A DNA stretch of 64,000 bases from a virus. This document shows, in pieces, positions 9,411 to 19,097 of the stretch; within the stretch, counting starts at the first letter, position 1, and each line of letters starts with the position of its first letter. The notes under the pieces are model-generated. The model saw nothing but the letters and a program-made list of their open reading frames with translations, did not search any database and was not told the origin of the DNA. Location: positions 1-64,000 of IMG/VR virus record IMGVR_UViG_3300025849_000016, one strand, 5' to 3'. A program made the translations under genes and the position numbers.

Positions 9411-10040
9411 TTAAACTGTACCTGATCCTGTAGATAGCGATCCGCCGCCTGTTGGAATACTTTCAGCTGATATACCACCGCCTACTGTTTGTATTGCATT
9501 ATCATAACGTATTGCTAAAGTAATTTGTACTGGATCGTTTGTTGAATATGCTAATGTATTATAGTTAGCATTCTGTACAAAACAACCATATAGCTCAAAT
9601 GTGTCTAATACATTAACAGCAGTATTACCATTGCCGCCATCTAAAACTTCAATTTTTGTTGTAAATTTATAGTCAATGCCTGACGGTGCACTTGACTGTT
9701 CAAAGAAATCATATTGCTTTTGAATCTGTTCACCTACAAGTTTTTGAACGTTATTGTTTACGTCTTCACGTAAGTTAAGCGTAATTGCTTCCCAAGCAGG
9801 CTTACCTGCTAGGTATACACGTGAATTGTAAACTGGAAGTTCTATTTCTTCGAAATTTACTGTAGGACGAGTTACATCAATAACTTGTTTTGTTAACTCA
9901 GTTGTTGCTGATCCTAGTCCAAAGTTAGTAAGTGACACTCTAAAGCGGTACTGAAGTTTTGGCATCAACAAACCTTGTGTTTGATTGCCGGTTCCGCCGT
10001 CTAGTGGCACTGTAATTTTTGATAGTGTTGAAATTGCCAT
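9411..10040 (-). CDS. Tail tube protein (gp19-like)
   Basis: PKLQYRFRV, YNSRVYLAGKPAWEAIT, FELYGCF, TLAIRYD; directly downstream of the sheath; AGGAG RBS; GATAAATA at 10061-10068. Confidence 0.88.
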   Translation of the reverse strand: MAISTLSKITVPLDGGTGNQTQGLLMPKLQYRFRVSLTNFGLGSATTELTKQVIDVTRPTVNFEEIELPVYNSRVYLAGKPAWEAITLNLREDVNNNVQKLVGEQIQKQYDFFEQSSAPSGIDYKFTTKIEVLDGGNGNTAVNVLDTFELYGCFVQNANYNTLAYSTNDPVQITLAIRYDNAIQTVGGGISAESIPTGGGSLSTGSGTV

Positions 10041-10072
10041 ATTTTACTCCTGTACACAAGTATTTATCATTT

Positions 10073-10099
10073 GTAGGGGATTAAGAATTAACCCCCTAC
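10073..10099 (-). other. Intergenic stem-loop between the sheath and tube genes
   Basis: Minus strand GTAGGGGGTTAA-TTC-TTAATCCCCTAC (one G.U pair); no U-tract follows, so it may be a stability or processing hairpin. Confidence 0.55.
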
Positions 10100-10108
10100 T
10101 TAATGATT

Positions 10109-13100
10109 TTAAAGACCTGCGATCTCTCCTGTATTTTTCAAGCGTAGTGGAATATAGATAAATTCAACTGCCTTGATTGGTTCAATTGCAATGTCTAAGT
10201 ATAGCTCATTACGGTCAATTCTAGCTGGTGTGTTGTTTGTTTCATCACATACAACTAGATAATCGTTAAGTGCTCTTAAACCTGTAAGCTCTAACATTAA
10301 GCTCTCAGCTGCTTGTTTAATCTCATCACGTGTGATTTTATCATTTGGTTCAAAGATATAAGGTTTAGCTAATTTGTTAAGCTGACTTCTTAGATAAATT
10401 ACAAGTCTTGCAACGTTAATTCTATCCAATGCACTTGCATTTGCTGCACGAGTTTTTTGACCAAAGTTAACAAGTCCTGCACCTGTAATAAATGTAACTG
10501 GGTTAACTCTATTACTATACAATGTGTCTCTTTGACCTTCGTTTAGTGCTACTGCAACAAATTCACCTTCGCTACTAATGTAACCAGTTGATGTTGCGTT
10601 AGTAATGCCGCCACGTCTTGTACCTGCTGGTGCAAACCATGGATAAGCAACTTGATCACTTAGTGCAAATGTACGTAGCATCATGTGTGAAGCAGGAACA
10701 ACAACATTGTTACCAAAGTTATCACTGCTAAATCCGCTTGGATAGAACACAGCCATGTACTCATCACTGCTTACTAGTCCATCGTCATTATCTTCAACTG
10801 CTGCTGCAACGTTTGTTGCCCAGTTGTTTAATGATGTTGCATCTGGTGTTAAGCGCATTGGACTATCACCTAGTACAAATGCTGTTAAGCCTCTGTCAAA
10901 GTTTAAACTTACCATTTCACCGATTAGTTCTGGATATCCAGGTGTTGCCATTAAGTTAAACAGTCTTGATTCGTCATCTCTGATTTCATCGTTACTATTA
11001 ACCATTGCTTGTAATGCTTGTACAACAACTTTACGCTGTGCATGACGTCCAAAGCTACCTGAACCATCTGCTTGATTACCTGATTCTGTAACCCAGCGGT
11101 GCTCATAATAATTAGTCATTACTGCATCACTCATACGTGGATTTGTAGTAGTTGTATCAATTGCATTACGTACAAATTTCTTAACATTAAATCCACTTCT
11201 GCGTGTATTCCAAAGTACCATACCTTTTGGATAAAGTGCTGGATCTGGAGCATCTGGATCTAGATAGTCACTAGTTAACATTGCATCCATTGCACCTGCT
11301 ACACTATTTGCACCTGCTGTTGACCAGCGAGCGTCTGCAAATAATACACCATTTTCAGTTGTTTGGTCTGCACTGTCTAATGCTACCCATTTATCTGTTA
11401 CCCATCTGTAAACTTTTGGATAATTTTCTAAATCAGCTGTGCTAATCCAAATGTCATTATCAACTAATGCACTCTTACTAGTATCATTTTGTGTTAATGG
11501 CTCACTAGCTGCAACAATTGGTCCTGTTGCATTAGTGCTTGAATACACGTTATGATAACCTCTCCATGTAGTACCGTCATGTACCATCATGTCTACTTCA
11601 TCAACAATCGAGTTGTACCATAATGTACCGTCTGCTGTAAGTGCCTTTGGCGCTGTTGCAGAAGCAGTGTATGTTAGTACTTTCCAATTTGAAGCAATAA
11701 AGTATACAGTTGAATCTTCAGCTGTATTATCATAAAGATTAGATGTTGTTCCTGGAACAAAACCAGCTGCTGACAAAGCACCGTCGTGGTCAACAAAACG
11801 AATTTCGCCACCTAATGCATGTGTAACAACAACTCTATTTTGTGAGTCAACACTTGCTGTAACATTTGTAAGTCCTGCAGAGTTAATAGCAGCTGCCATT
11901 GTTTCAGCATCTGTTGCATCATTTAAATATGTTGCTGATACTTCAACTGCTGCACTTAATGCCGCCTGGCCTTTTACACTTTCCATAATGTCAAAGCGAT
12001 GAGTTGCTGCTGGAATACTTGCTGCAATAATACTACTAGTTATTGTTGTAGCACCACTTACAGTTCTAGCCATAATTTTAAAGTTCGCTTCAGTTTGTGT
12101 AACTTCGCCAACGTTGTACTGTACATATGTTGTGCCAGCTGCTAAGTTTGCACCGCCGCCTGCTTTATCCATATTAAACAATGCTGTGTGGTTATCTGCA
12201 TATAATGGAGCAGTTGCATCTGACCATAATTGAGTTGTTGCATTATATTTTTTAACTGACCATTTTGCACCACTATTAGGTTCTGTAGTTTTAACCCAAA
12301 TTGAACCTGTTGGACGTGGTGTTGTATCGGTACTTTTCCATTCAGGAACACTTGTATGTGCTGATACACTTACTGCTGGTGCAGCATGTGTGCCTACTAA
12401 TCCTAGTGTTGCGCCTGATGTACCTGTTGTATCTGAAATTACAACATTTACTCCTGTAGAATAAATTTCTAACACACCATTAACGGCTGCTGCACTAATT
12501 CCAGCAATAGAAAGACCATTAATATCACCTGCTAAACTTGAAGGAGTTGTGCCTGTTGTTGTTACAGGTACAGTATTAATAGTAATTGTATCGCCTGCTG
12601 AATGAGCCGATGCTGTTGCAGTTACAGCAGCATGGCTATTTTGCCAATCGTCTGTACCTACTTCAACCCATGTGCCGCCTGCATTTTTGTACCATAATTT
12701 ATTAAGTGTACTAACTGCTACAATAGCATAGTCACCTACGCCGCCTACTGAGCCTTTTGGTGCTCCGGGTGAACTAGCTGAACCAGTAACTTTTGAAACT
12801 TCAGTAATAACAATCGGGGTTGTTACACTAAATGATTGTCCGCCTGCTGTTGTTTTAGCTGCTCCGTTCCATGTAAAAATACCAAACTTAGTATTTGTCG
12901 TGTCAAACCACCATGTTCCGTCTGCTGGATTAGAACCTGGTGCTGTTGCACTTCCTTCTAGTTCGCCTAAATCTAAATCTGCACGGACTACCCATGCTCG
13001 GTTTGCAACACCTAAAAATGAGTATGCTGCCTGTAATCCGTATTCGTTTAATTCACTACCGTGAATTGGATTATTATTTGTATCTGTATAAAATAGTGGA

Positions 13101-13315
13101 TCTCCAAAGGTATCTGCAAGATCTCGTTGACTTGTAATTAAATAAGCCTTTCCCGAATTTGCTTTTTGAGTACCTTGCGCAACACCAGTGCCACCTGCAT
13201 TGGTTTTATTTTGCTTTGATGCCACAAATATCATTGGTACGGTGCCTGGTTCAGATGGGGTATAGAACGACTCGTCTATTACCTTAACTTCTACACCGGG
13301 TGATGTTAATGCCAT
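10109..13315 (-). CDS. Contractile tail sheath protein (gp18-like), 1068 aa with a large central insertion
   Basis: N-terminal LTSPGVEVKVIDES; C-terminal PWFAPAGTRRG, RDTLYSNRVNP, ALDRINVARL, FEPND, VVCDETNNT, AVEFIYI. Start at 13315 (AGGAG RBS); TAAATA at 13350-13355. Confidence 0.97.
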   Translation of the reverse strand: MALTSPGVEVKVIDESFYTPSEPGTVPMIFVASKQNKTNAGGTGVAQGTQKANSGKAYLITSQRDLADTFGDPLFYTDTNNNPIHGSELNEYGLQAAYSFLGVANRAWVVRADLDLGELEGSATAPGSNPADGTWWFDTTNTKFGIFTWNGAAKTTAGGQSFSVTTPIVITEVSKVTGSASSPGAPKGSVGGVGDYAIVAVSTLNKLWYKNAGGTWVEVGTDDWQNSHAAVTATASAHSAGDTITINTVPVTTTGTTPSSLAGDINGLSIAGISAAAVNGVLEIYSTGVNVVISDTTGTSGATLGLVGTHAAPAVSVSAHTSVPEWKSTDTTPRPTGSIWVKTTEPNSGAKWSVKKYNATTQLWSDATAPLYADNHTALFNMDKAGGGANLAAGTTYVQYNVGEVTQTEANFKIMARTVSGATTITSSIIAASIPAATHRFDIMESVKGQAALSAAVEVSATYLNDATDAETMAAAINSAGLTNVTASVDSQNRVVVTHALGGEIRFVDHDGALSAAGFVPGTTSNLYDNTAEDSTVYFIASNWKVLTYTASATAPKALTADGTLWYNSIVDEVDMMVHDGTTWRGYHNVYSSTNATGPIVAASEPLTQNDTSKSALVDNDIWISTADLENYPKVYRWVTDKWVALDSADQTTENGVLFADARWSTAGANSVAGAMDAMLTSDYLDPDAPDPALYPKGMVLWNTRRSGFNVKKFVRNAIDTTTTNPRMSDAVMTNYYEHRWVTESGNQADGSGSFGRHAQRKVVVQALQAMVNSNDEIRDDESRLFNLMATPGYPELIGEMVSLNFDRGLTAFVLGDSPMRLTPDATSLNNWATNVAAAVEDNDDGLVSSDEYMAVFYPSGFSSDNFGNNVVVPASHMMLRTFALSDQVAYPWFAPAGTRRGGITNATSTGYISSEGEFVAVALNEGQRDTLYSNRVNPVTFITGAGLVNFGQKTRAANASALDRINVARLVIYLRSQLNKLAKPYIFEPNDKITRDEIKQAAESLMLELTGLRALNDYLVVCDETNNTPARIDRNELYLDIAIEPIKAVEFIYIPLRLKNTGEIAGL

Positions 13316-13421
13316 TGCGTTATCTCCTTGAAAGTAAACTTTACAAATGTATTTAGTCAAGTCGAGGTAAAATATACCTATTATACGCTATAAAAAGGGG
13401 AGCAAAAGGTGTAAATATAGT

Positions 13422-13760
13422 ATGAGACCATTATGTATATGCGGAATGCGGCCTGCTGCTGTAAATTATAAAAAAGATAACAAAACATACTATCGAAAGA
13501 AATGTGAAATATGCAATAAACATGGCGGAATTGGGCATGGTATTCCTAAATGGAAATTGCGTGGATATACAAAAAAAGATACATGTGAAAAATGCGGCTT
13601 TGCTAGTAAAAACAAAGAGCAATTTAATGTATACCATATTGATGGCAACTTAGATAATTGCAAGTATAATAACTTAAAAACTATTTGTGCTAATTGTCAG
13701 CGTGTTTTACAAAAAGAAGGAATTAAGTGGAAACAAGGTGACTTAATAGCAGATTTTTAG
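13422..13760 (+). CDS. Zn-binding HNH-endonuclease-like protein
   Basis: CxC, CEIC, CEKC...VYHIDGNLDN...NLKTICANC; TAAATA 4 nt before the ATG. Confidence 0.75.
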   Translation: MRPLCICGMRPAAVNYKKDNKTYYRKKCEICNKHGGIGHGIPKWKLRGYTKKDTCEKCGFASKNKEQFNVYHIDGNLDNCKYNNLKTICANCQRVLQKEGIKWKQGDLIADF

Positions 13761-13761
13761 G

Positions 13762-13789
13762 TTGACTTTTTTTGTAGTTTTGTTATAAT
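13762..13789 (+). promoter_or_regulatory. Sigma70-type promoter with extended -10
   Basis: TTGACT-16 nt-TATAAT with TGn before the -10. Confidence 0.75.
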
Positions 13790-13811
13790 ATAATAAATTA
13801 AAGGAGCACTT

Positions 13812-14084
13812 ATGATAGACTACAAATTTAATGAAAAAAATTATATAGACGAATTCCAAGCATATATTGATAAGACATATGATGGACATTATTCTACAAA
13901 TAAATTTCAATCCACTGAAGTTATTATTGATAGAGGAAATGGTACTGGATTCTGTATGGGGAATGTAGATAAGTATTCAAATCGATATGGTAAAAAAGGT
14001 GAACGTGATGATCATCGTAAAGATCTAATGAAGATTTTACATTATGCACTTATACAATTGTATGTGCATGACAATGATCTTTAA
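13812..14084 (+). CDS. DUF3310-like protein (family related to T7 gp1.7 nucleotide kinase)
   Basis: HY...FQSTEVI...GFCMGNVDKY..RYGKKG...DLMKILHY; AAGGAG RBS. Confidence 0.75.
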   Translation: MIDYKFNEKNYIDEFQAYIDKTYDGHYSTNKFQSTEVIIDRGNGTGFCMGNVDKYSNRYGKKGERDDHRKDLMKILHYALIQLYVHDNDL

Positions 14085-14839
14085 CCAATTGTAAAAGAAT
14101 ACCCAGTGCCGCCTGCAACTGCCATAGATATTTCTTGCTCTAGTTTATCCAGTTCGCCTTGTGCTTCTGCTTTTAATGCATCACCGTTAAGAGTGCTTCC
14201 GCCTTGGGGTCCTGCAATAGTAGCAAACTTTGAACGTGCTTCGCCTAGCATGTATTTGCATGTAGCAAGGGTATAACTTTTAATCCATTGTATTGCCATA
14301 TAGTCGTCGATAAGTTGCTCATCACCGCGATAGTTATAAACATATAACATTAGACTTTCTTCTGCTCTTGGGCGCTGTAATATTGTAAGTTTCTTAGCTT
14401 GCGAATTCCATTTAAATTCAATAAATGATCCAAACATACGTCCTACTAATTCTTGATATTGACTGAACATATCATACGTTGCTAAACCGCCCATGTTAGA
14501 ACTTGCTAATAGGTATGTATTTGTATATGCCATATTAAATGGTTCAAATAATGTGCCGCCGTCACCGCCTCCTGTACGTGAACCAATTGAACGTCTAAAG
14601 ATTTGACGAACTTCTACTACTTCTCGTGGTAATATGTATTCGTTTTGATCTACAACTGTAGGTAAAAACATATATGACTCTTCAACAGAATGATCGCTGC
14701 GTTGTCTATAACGTGTTAACGCAGTTTTAAGTGCAGTGTCGTAATGAACAGGATCGAGTTCCACATCAACCATACCGCCGCCTAACATAGCGTATACATA
14801 ATCATATATTTCTTTTTTCTTAGTAGTTAAATCAGCCAT
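14081..14839 (-). CDS. Neck protein (T4 gp13-like)
   Basis: LGGGMVDVEL, WIKSYTLA..K..LGEARSKF...GPQGG.TLNGDALK.EA, C-terminal FTIG. Start at 14839 (GGAG RBS). Confidence 0.88.
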   Translation of the reverse strand: MADLTTKKKEIYDYVYAMLGGGMVDVELDPVHYDTALKTALTRYRQRSDHSVEESYMFLPTVVDQNEYILPREVVEVRQIFRRSIGSRTGGGDGGTLFEPFNMAYTNTYLLASSNMGGLATYDMFSQYQELVGRMFGSFIEFKWNSQAKKLTILQRPRAEESLMLYVYNYRGDEQLIDDYMAIQWIKSYTLATCKYMLGEARSKFATIAGPQGGSTLNGDALKAEAQGELDKLEQEISMAVAGGTGYSFTIG

Positions 14840-14856
14840 AAATATTCTCCACATAG

Positions 14857-14888
14857 TATTTATCGTATATAACACATATCGATAAATA
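14857..14888. promoter_or_regulatory. Back-to-back late promoters (GATAAATA on each strand)
   Basis: tatttatc 14857-14864 (drives gp13) and gataaata 14881-14888 (drives gp14, ATG 5 nt later). Confidence 0.75.
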
Positions 14889-14893
14889 TGTAT

Positions 14894-16039
14894 ATGCCAA
14901 GATTAAGTTTATACAAACCAGAAAAAGGCAAGGACTTTTATTTCCTTGATCATACCATCGGAGAGATGTTTACCGTCGGCGGTACTGATGTTCACATACA
15001 TAAGTATATAGGACCAGAAAACACATCCGAGGATGCAAGTACAGCTGATCGACCTCAATACGATGTTGTAAAAGAAACTAATATACAAGACCTATTATTT
15101 CTAGAAAATAGAGATAGAAAGTATGATCCTGATGTTTATCAAATACGAGGAATTTACAATGTACAAGACATTGACTTTGACCTAAGTCAGTTCGGACTAT
15201 TTTTACAAAATGATACATTGTTTATGACAGTGCATATAACTAGCAGTGTTAAATCTATTGGTCGGAAACTTATGTCAGGTGATGTTATTGAATTACCTCA
15301 CTTAAAAGACGAATATGCACTTAACGATTTTGATGTTGCATTAAAAAGATTTTATGTTATTGATGAAGTTAGTAGATCAGCAGAAGGATTTTCACAAACT
15401 TGGTATCCACATCTATATAGGTTAAAACTAAAACAGATATACGACGGTCAAGAATTTAAAGAGATATTAGATTTACCTGCAAGTGAGGATAGCGACAACA
15501 CATTACGTGATGTTTTAAGTACGTTTGAACGTGAAATGCAAATTAACGAAGCAATAGTACAGCAAGCAGAAGCAGATTCACCGTTGAGTGGATATGAGAC
15601 AAGTCATTTGTATACTAAAAAAGTAGCAGAAGACGGAACAAATATCATTGAGCAAAGTTTTCCATCTGATGTACCTGAAGTAGTGTCTGAGCGTATTACA
15701 GAAGAAGGTGTTAAAGACGACTATGACGGATACCTTATAGGTGATGGTCTAGCACCTGATGGAGAAACGTTTGGGTTTGGTATTAATTTTCCATTAAATG
15801 CTGCTACCGGAGATTATTTTTTGCGCAATGACTTTTTACCAAATAAACTGTTTAGATATAATGGATCTAAATGGGTTAGACAAGAAGATAGTGTACGAAT
15901 GACATTATCAAACACTAATTTGCGTCAAACACAAAAAACATCATTTATTAACAACACAAATACAAGTACAATAGGTGGCGATGTTATAGAAGAAAGACAA
16001 TCGTTAAGTAAAGCACTTAGGCCTAAGGCGGACAATTAA
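14894..16039 (+). CDS. Neck protein (T4 gp14-like)
   Basis: DLLFLENRDRKY, DLSQFGLFL, GDVIELPHL, FYVIDEV, YRLKLK motifs; lies between gp13-like and gp15-like genes. Start taken at MPRLSLY. Confidence 0.75.
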   Translation: MPRLSLYKPEKGKDFYFLDHTIGEMFTVGGTDVHIHKYIGPENTSEDASTADRPQYDVVKETNIQDLLFLENRDRKYDPDVYQIRGIYNVQDIDFDLSQFGLFLQNDTLFMTVHITSSVKSIGRKLMSGDVIELPHLKDEYALNDFDVALKRFYVIDEVSRSAEGFSQTWYPHLYRLKLKQIYDGQEFKEILDLPASEDSDNTLRDVLSTFEREMQINEAIVQQAEADSPLSGYETSHLYTKKVAEDGTNIIEQSFPSDVPEVVSERITEEGVKDDYDGYLIGDGLAPDGETFGFGINFPLNAATGDYFLRNDFLPNKLFRYNGSKWVRQEDSVRMTLSNTNLRQTQKTSFINNTNTSTIGGDVIEERQSLSKALRPKADN

Positions 16040-17463
16040 TGCAGCATTTTTATGATGGACAAATAAGACGTTATCTTACGCAAATTATTCGATTAATGAG
16101 TAATTTTCAATATCAAGACAACAAAGGACAGTTTACTAATATTCCAGTAATGTATGGTGATATGACTAGACAAGTATCTAGTATTATCAGAGATAACTCA
16201 GAGAATAAAATACCAAGTGCGCCGCGTATGTCTGTGTATGTTACAGGTTTAGAAATGGACCGATCACGTACTAGCGATCAAAGCTATGTAAGCAAAGTAA
16301 ATGTACGTGAAAGAGAATATGATCCAGCTACAAATACCTATGGTGAAGAACAAGGTAATGCATATACTGTAGAACGTATTATGCCTGTACCATATATACT
16401 AAGTGTTAACGTAGATGTATGGAGTACTAACACTGATCAAAAACTTCAGATTTTAGAACAACTTTTATGCTTATTCAATCCTAGTTTAGAAATACAAACT
16501 ACTGATAACTATGTCGATTGGACAAGTTTAAGTGTTGTACACTTAGAAAACATAAATTGGAGTAATAGAAGCATTCCAGTAGGTGTTGATAGTGAAATAG
16601 ATGTTGGGTCGATTAGTTTTACAACACCTATTTTTATTAGTCCACCTGCAAAAGTTAAAAGATTAGGCGTTATTACAAATATTATTACAAGCATCTTTAA
16701 TGAAGAAGCAGGTGTAATCGACTTTGGTGAAGCAAGGCCTACACTCGATGCATACCAAAACAACCCGTTAGGGTCTACAAGTGAAAATAGAGACGGCGAT
16801 TCACGTAAGGCTATTAGAGGCGATACAGATGCATTAGCTAATGTTAACTATAATAATTATAATATTGTAATTCTTAATAATACTGCATTAATTGTTGAAG
16901 GTGCTACTGTTGGTGAAATTGACTGGCAACCAATGTTTGAACAATTTTCTGGTCCTTATAGATCTGGTATAAGTAAGTTATTCTTAAAAAGATCTGATAT
17001 TAATGGTGATGTTGTTGCTACATTTACATTAGATCAAACAAATACAAAACGTTTAATTTTAGATTTTGACGAAGATACATTACCTACGGATACTATCATT
17101 ACTAGTACATTACAAAATAAATCAAAAATTGATTATATTATTGATCCAACAAATTATGACCCATCATCTATAAAATCTAGTGGAGTTAGACTATTATTAC
17201 TATCAGCAATTGGACCACATACTGGCGGACAAGGCCCAGTAGCTTGGCAAAATACAGACACAACGTATCTTACAGCTGGTGCAAATGATATAGTAGAATG
17301 GGATGGCTCAAATTGGACAGTAGTATTTGATGCTTCTGCAACATCTGATATTACATATACATCAAATTTAAATACCGGAGTTCAATATAAATTTAACGGT
17401 GTAGAATGGGTCAAAGCATACGAGGGTGAATACCAGGTTGGCACCTGGAGAATTGTACTTTAA
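16039..17463 (+). CDS. Tail sheath stabiliser / terminator (T4 gp15-like) with C-terminal extension
   Basis: HFYDGQIRRY, IPVMYG, PRMS, MPVPY, QILEQLLCLFNPS motifs. Confidence 0.85.
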   Translation: MQHFYDGQIRRYLTQIIRLMSNFQYQDNKGQFTNIPVMYGDMTRQVSSIIRDNSENKIPSAPRMSVYVTGLEMDRSRTSDQSYVSKVNVREREYDPATNTYGEEQGNAYTVERIMPVPYILSVNVDVWSTNTDQKLQILEQLLCLFNPSLEIQTTDNYVDWTSLSVVHLENINWSNRSIPVGVDSEIDVGSISFTTPIFISPPAKVKRLGVITNIITSIFNEEAGVIDFGEARPTLDAYQNNPLGSTSENRDGDSRKAIRGDTDALANVNYNNYNIVILNNTALIVEGATVGEIDWQPMFEQFSGPYRSGISKLFLKRSDINGDVVATFTLDQTNTKRLILDFDEDTLPTDTIITSTLQNKSKIDYIIDPTNYDPSSIKSSGVRLLLLSAIGPHTGGQGPVAWQNTDTTYLTAGANDIVEWDGSNWTVVFDASATSDITYTSNLNTGVQYKFNGVEWVKAYEGEYQVGTWRIVL

Positions 17464-17475
17464 AATATATACTGT

Positions 17476-17919
17476 ATGAAAACAAATATAGTATGTAGTG
17501 GAGCACTTTTCTTTTCTAAAGAAACTGAACGATTTTTACTGTTGCATAGAGCAAATGGTAAAAAAAATAACCTTTGGGGATTAGTCGGCGGCGGCAATGA
17601 AGAAGGCGAAACTCCGTTTGAAGGTTTAAAACGAGAAATTATTGAAGAAATAGGAAGTATGCCGCCTATTAAAAAAACTATTCCTCTTGAAAGTTTTGTA
17701 AGCAATGATGAAAAATTTCATTTTCACACATATTTGTGCTTAGTAGAGCAAGAATTTATACCTATTTTAAATAATGAACATAACGGTTATGCATGGGTTT
17801 CTTTCGGTATGTGGCCAAAACCTCTCCATCATGGACTTAAAAATACCCTTCAAAGTAAAGTAAATCAGACAAAATTGCGCACAGTTTTTCAAGTAATATC
17901 TTTACTTGACGAAATTTAA
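17476..17919 (+). CDS. NUDIX hydrolase
   Basis: Nudix box GGGNEEGETPFEGLKREIIEEIG; LNNEH..YAW. Confidence 0.9.
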   Translation: MKTNIVCSGALFFSKETERFLLLHRANGKKNNLWGLVGGGNEEGETPFEGLKREIIEEIGSMPPIKKTIPLESFVSNDEKFHFHTYLCLVEQEFIPILNNEHNGYAWVSFGMWPKPLHHGLKNTLQSKVNQTKLRTVFQVISLLDEI

Positions 17920-17934
17920 AAAGAATGTTATAAT
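17906..17934 (+). promoter_or_regulatory. Sigma70-type promoter, probably leaderless hldE mRNA
   Basis: TTGACG-17 nt-TATAAT with extended -10 TGn; ATG starts 6 nt after the -10; no RBS. Confidence 0.75.
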
Positions 17935-17939
17935 AAGTT

Positions 17940-19097
17940 ATGAAAGTTCTAGTTATAGGCGATATTATAATTGACAAATACATCTATGGATCAAGCCATC
18001 GCTTGAGTCCGGAAGCACCTGTGCCTGTAGTTGCACAAGATCGTATAGAAGAATCTATTGGTGGTGCAGGACTTGTTTATAAAAATTTAAAAAGTCTAGG
18101 CGTAGATGTTGATCTAGTTGATATTTTTGACAAAGTTAGCGTAAAAACTAGAGTAATTTGTGACGGTCATTATGTCACACGCATAGATGACGATTATTAT
18201 GCAGACGGAGAACAGTTTCTTCAGTATATTTTAACACAAGATTTTAGTGATTACGACTATGTAATATTAAGTGATTACAACAAAGGCGTGTTAACCAAAT
18301 CTTTAAAAATCATCGAACATATTAACCAGTTTAATTGTCGTGTGATTGTAGATCCTAAAGATCATGCAACACATTATGAAGGTGCTTGGTTAGTAAAACC
18401 TAACGAAAAAGAATTTCAAGAATACTTCCTTAACTGGCAGGGTAATATTATTACTACTCGAGCAGGTAAAAGTGTTATTGCTAAAATAGATAATGAAGTT
18501 TATGAAGTAGCTGTAGACAATGTCGAAGTTAGTGATGTAACCGGCGCCGGCGACTGTTTCTTGGCTGCATTTGTTTATGCCCTTACAAAAGATTACAATT
18601 ATAAAAAAGCAATCGAACTTGCTGTACAAGGATCAACAGAAAGCGTTAAGCATGTTGGTACATACATTCTTACAGAAAAAGATCTAAAGAAAAAAGTAGT
18701 GTTTACCAATGGGTGTTTTGATGTACTACATAAAGGACACCTTACACTGCTTAAACAAGCCCGTAGCTTAGGTGATAAACTTGTAGTAGGACTAAACAGC
18801 GATACTAGTGTAGCACGACTTAAAGGTGCTAATAGACCATTTAATGATGTTAATACACGTAAAGAACAACTAGAACTTATTCCATATGTAGACCAAGTAG
18901 TAGTATTTGAAGAAGATACTCCTTACAATCTAATTAAGGAATTACAGCCAGATTTAATTGTCAAAGGCGGAGATTATACTGTAGAAGAAATAGTAGGACA
19001 CGATCTAGCACCAGTACATATTGTTCCTACTGTACAGGGTCATAGTACCACAAGAATTTTAGGAGATTTAGATGAAAATATTAATCACGGGGTATAA
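17940..19097 (+). CDS. hldE: Bifunctional heptose 7-phosphate kinase / heptose 1-phosphate adenylyltransferase
   Basis: VIGD..IDKYIYG...RLSPEAPVPV, LSDYNKG, VDPK, KPNEKE, DVTGAGD (PfkB); FTNGCFDVLHKGH, GLNSD.SV.RLKG..RP, LIVKGGDY, STT (nucleotidyltransferase). Confidence 0.93.
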   Translation: MKVLVIGDIIIDKYIYGSSHRLSPEAPVPVVAQDRIEESIGGAGLVYKNLKSLGVDVDLVDIFDKVSVKTRVICDGHYVTRIDDDYYADGEQFLQYILTQDFSDYDYVILSDYNKGVLTKSLKIIEHINQFNCRVIVDPKDHATHYEGAWLVKPNEKEFQEYFLNWQGNIITTRAGKSVIAKIDNEVYEVAVDNVEVSDVTGAGDCFLAAFVYALTKDYNYKKAIELAVQGSTESVKHVGTYILTEKDLKKKVVFTNGCFDVLHKGHLTLLKQARSLGDKLVVGLNSDTSVARLKGANRPFNDVNTRKEQLELIPYVDQVVVFEEDTPYNLIKELQPDLIVKGGDYTVEEIVGHDLAPVHIVPTVQGHSTTRILGDLDENINHGV

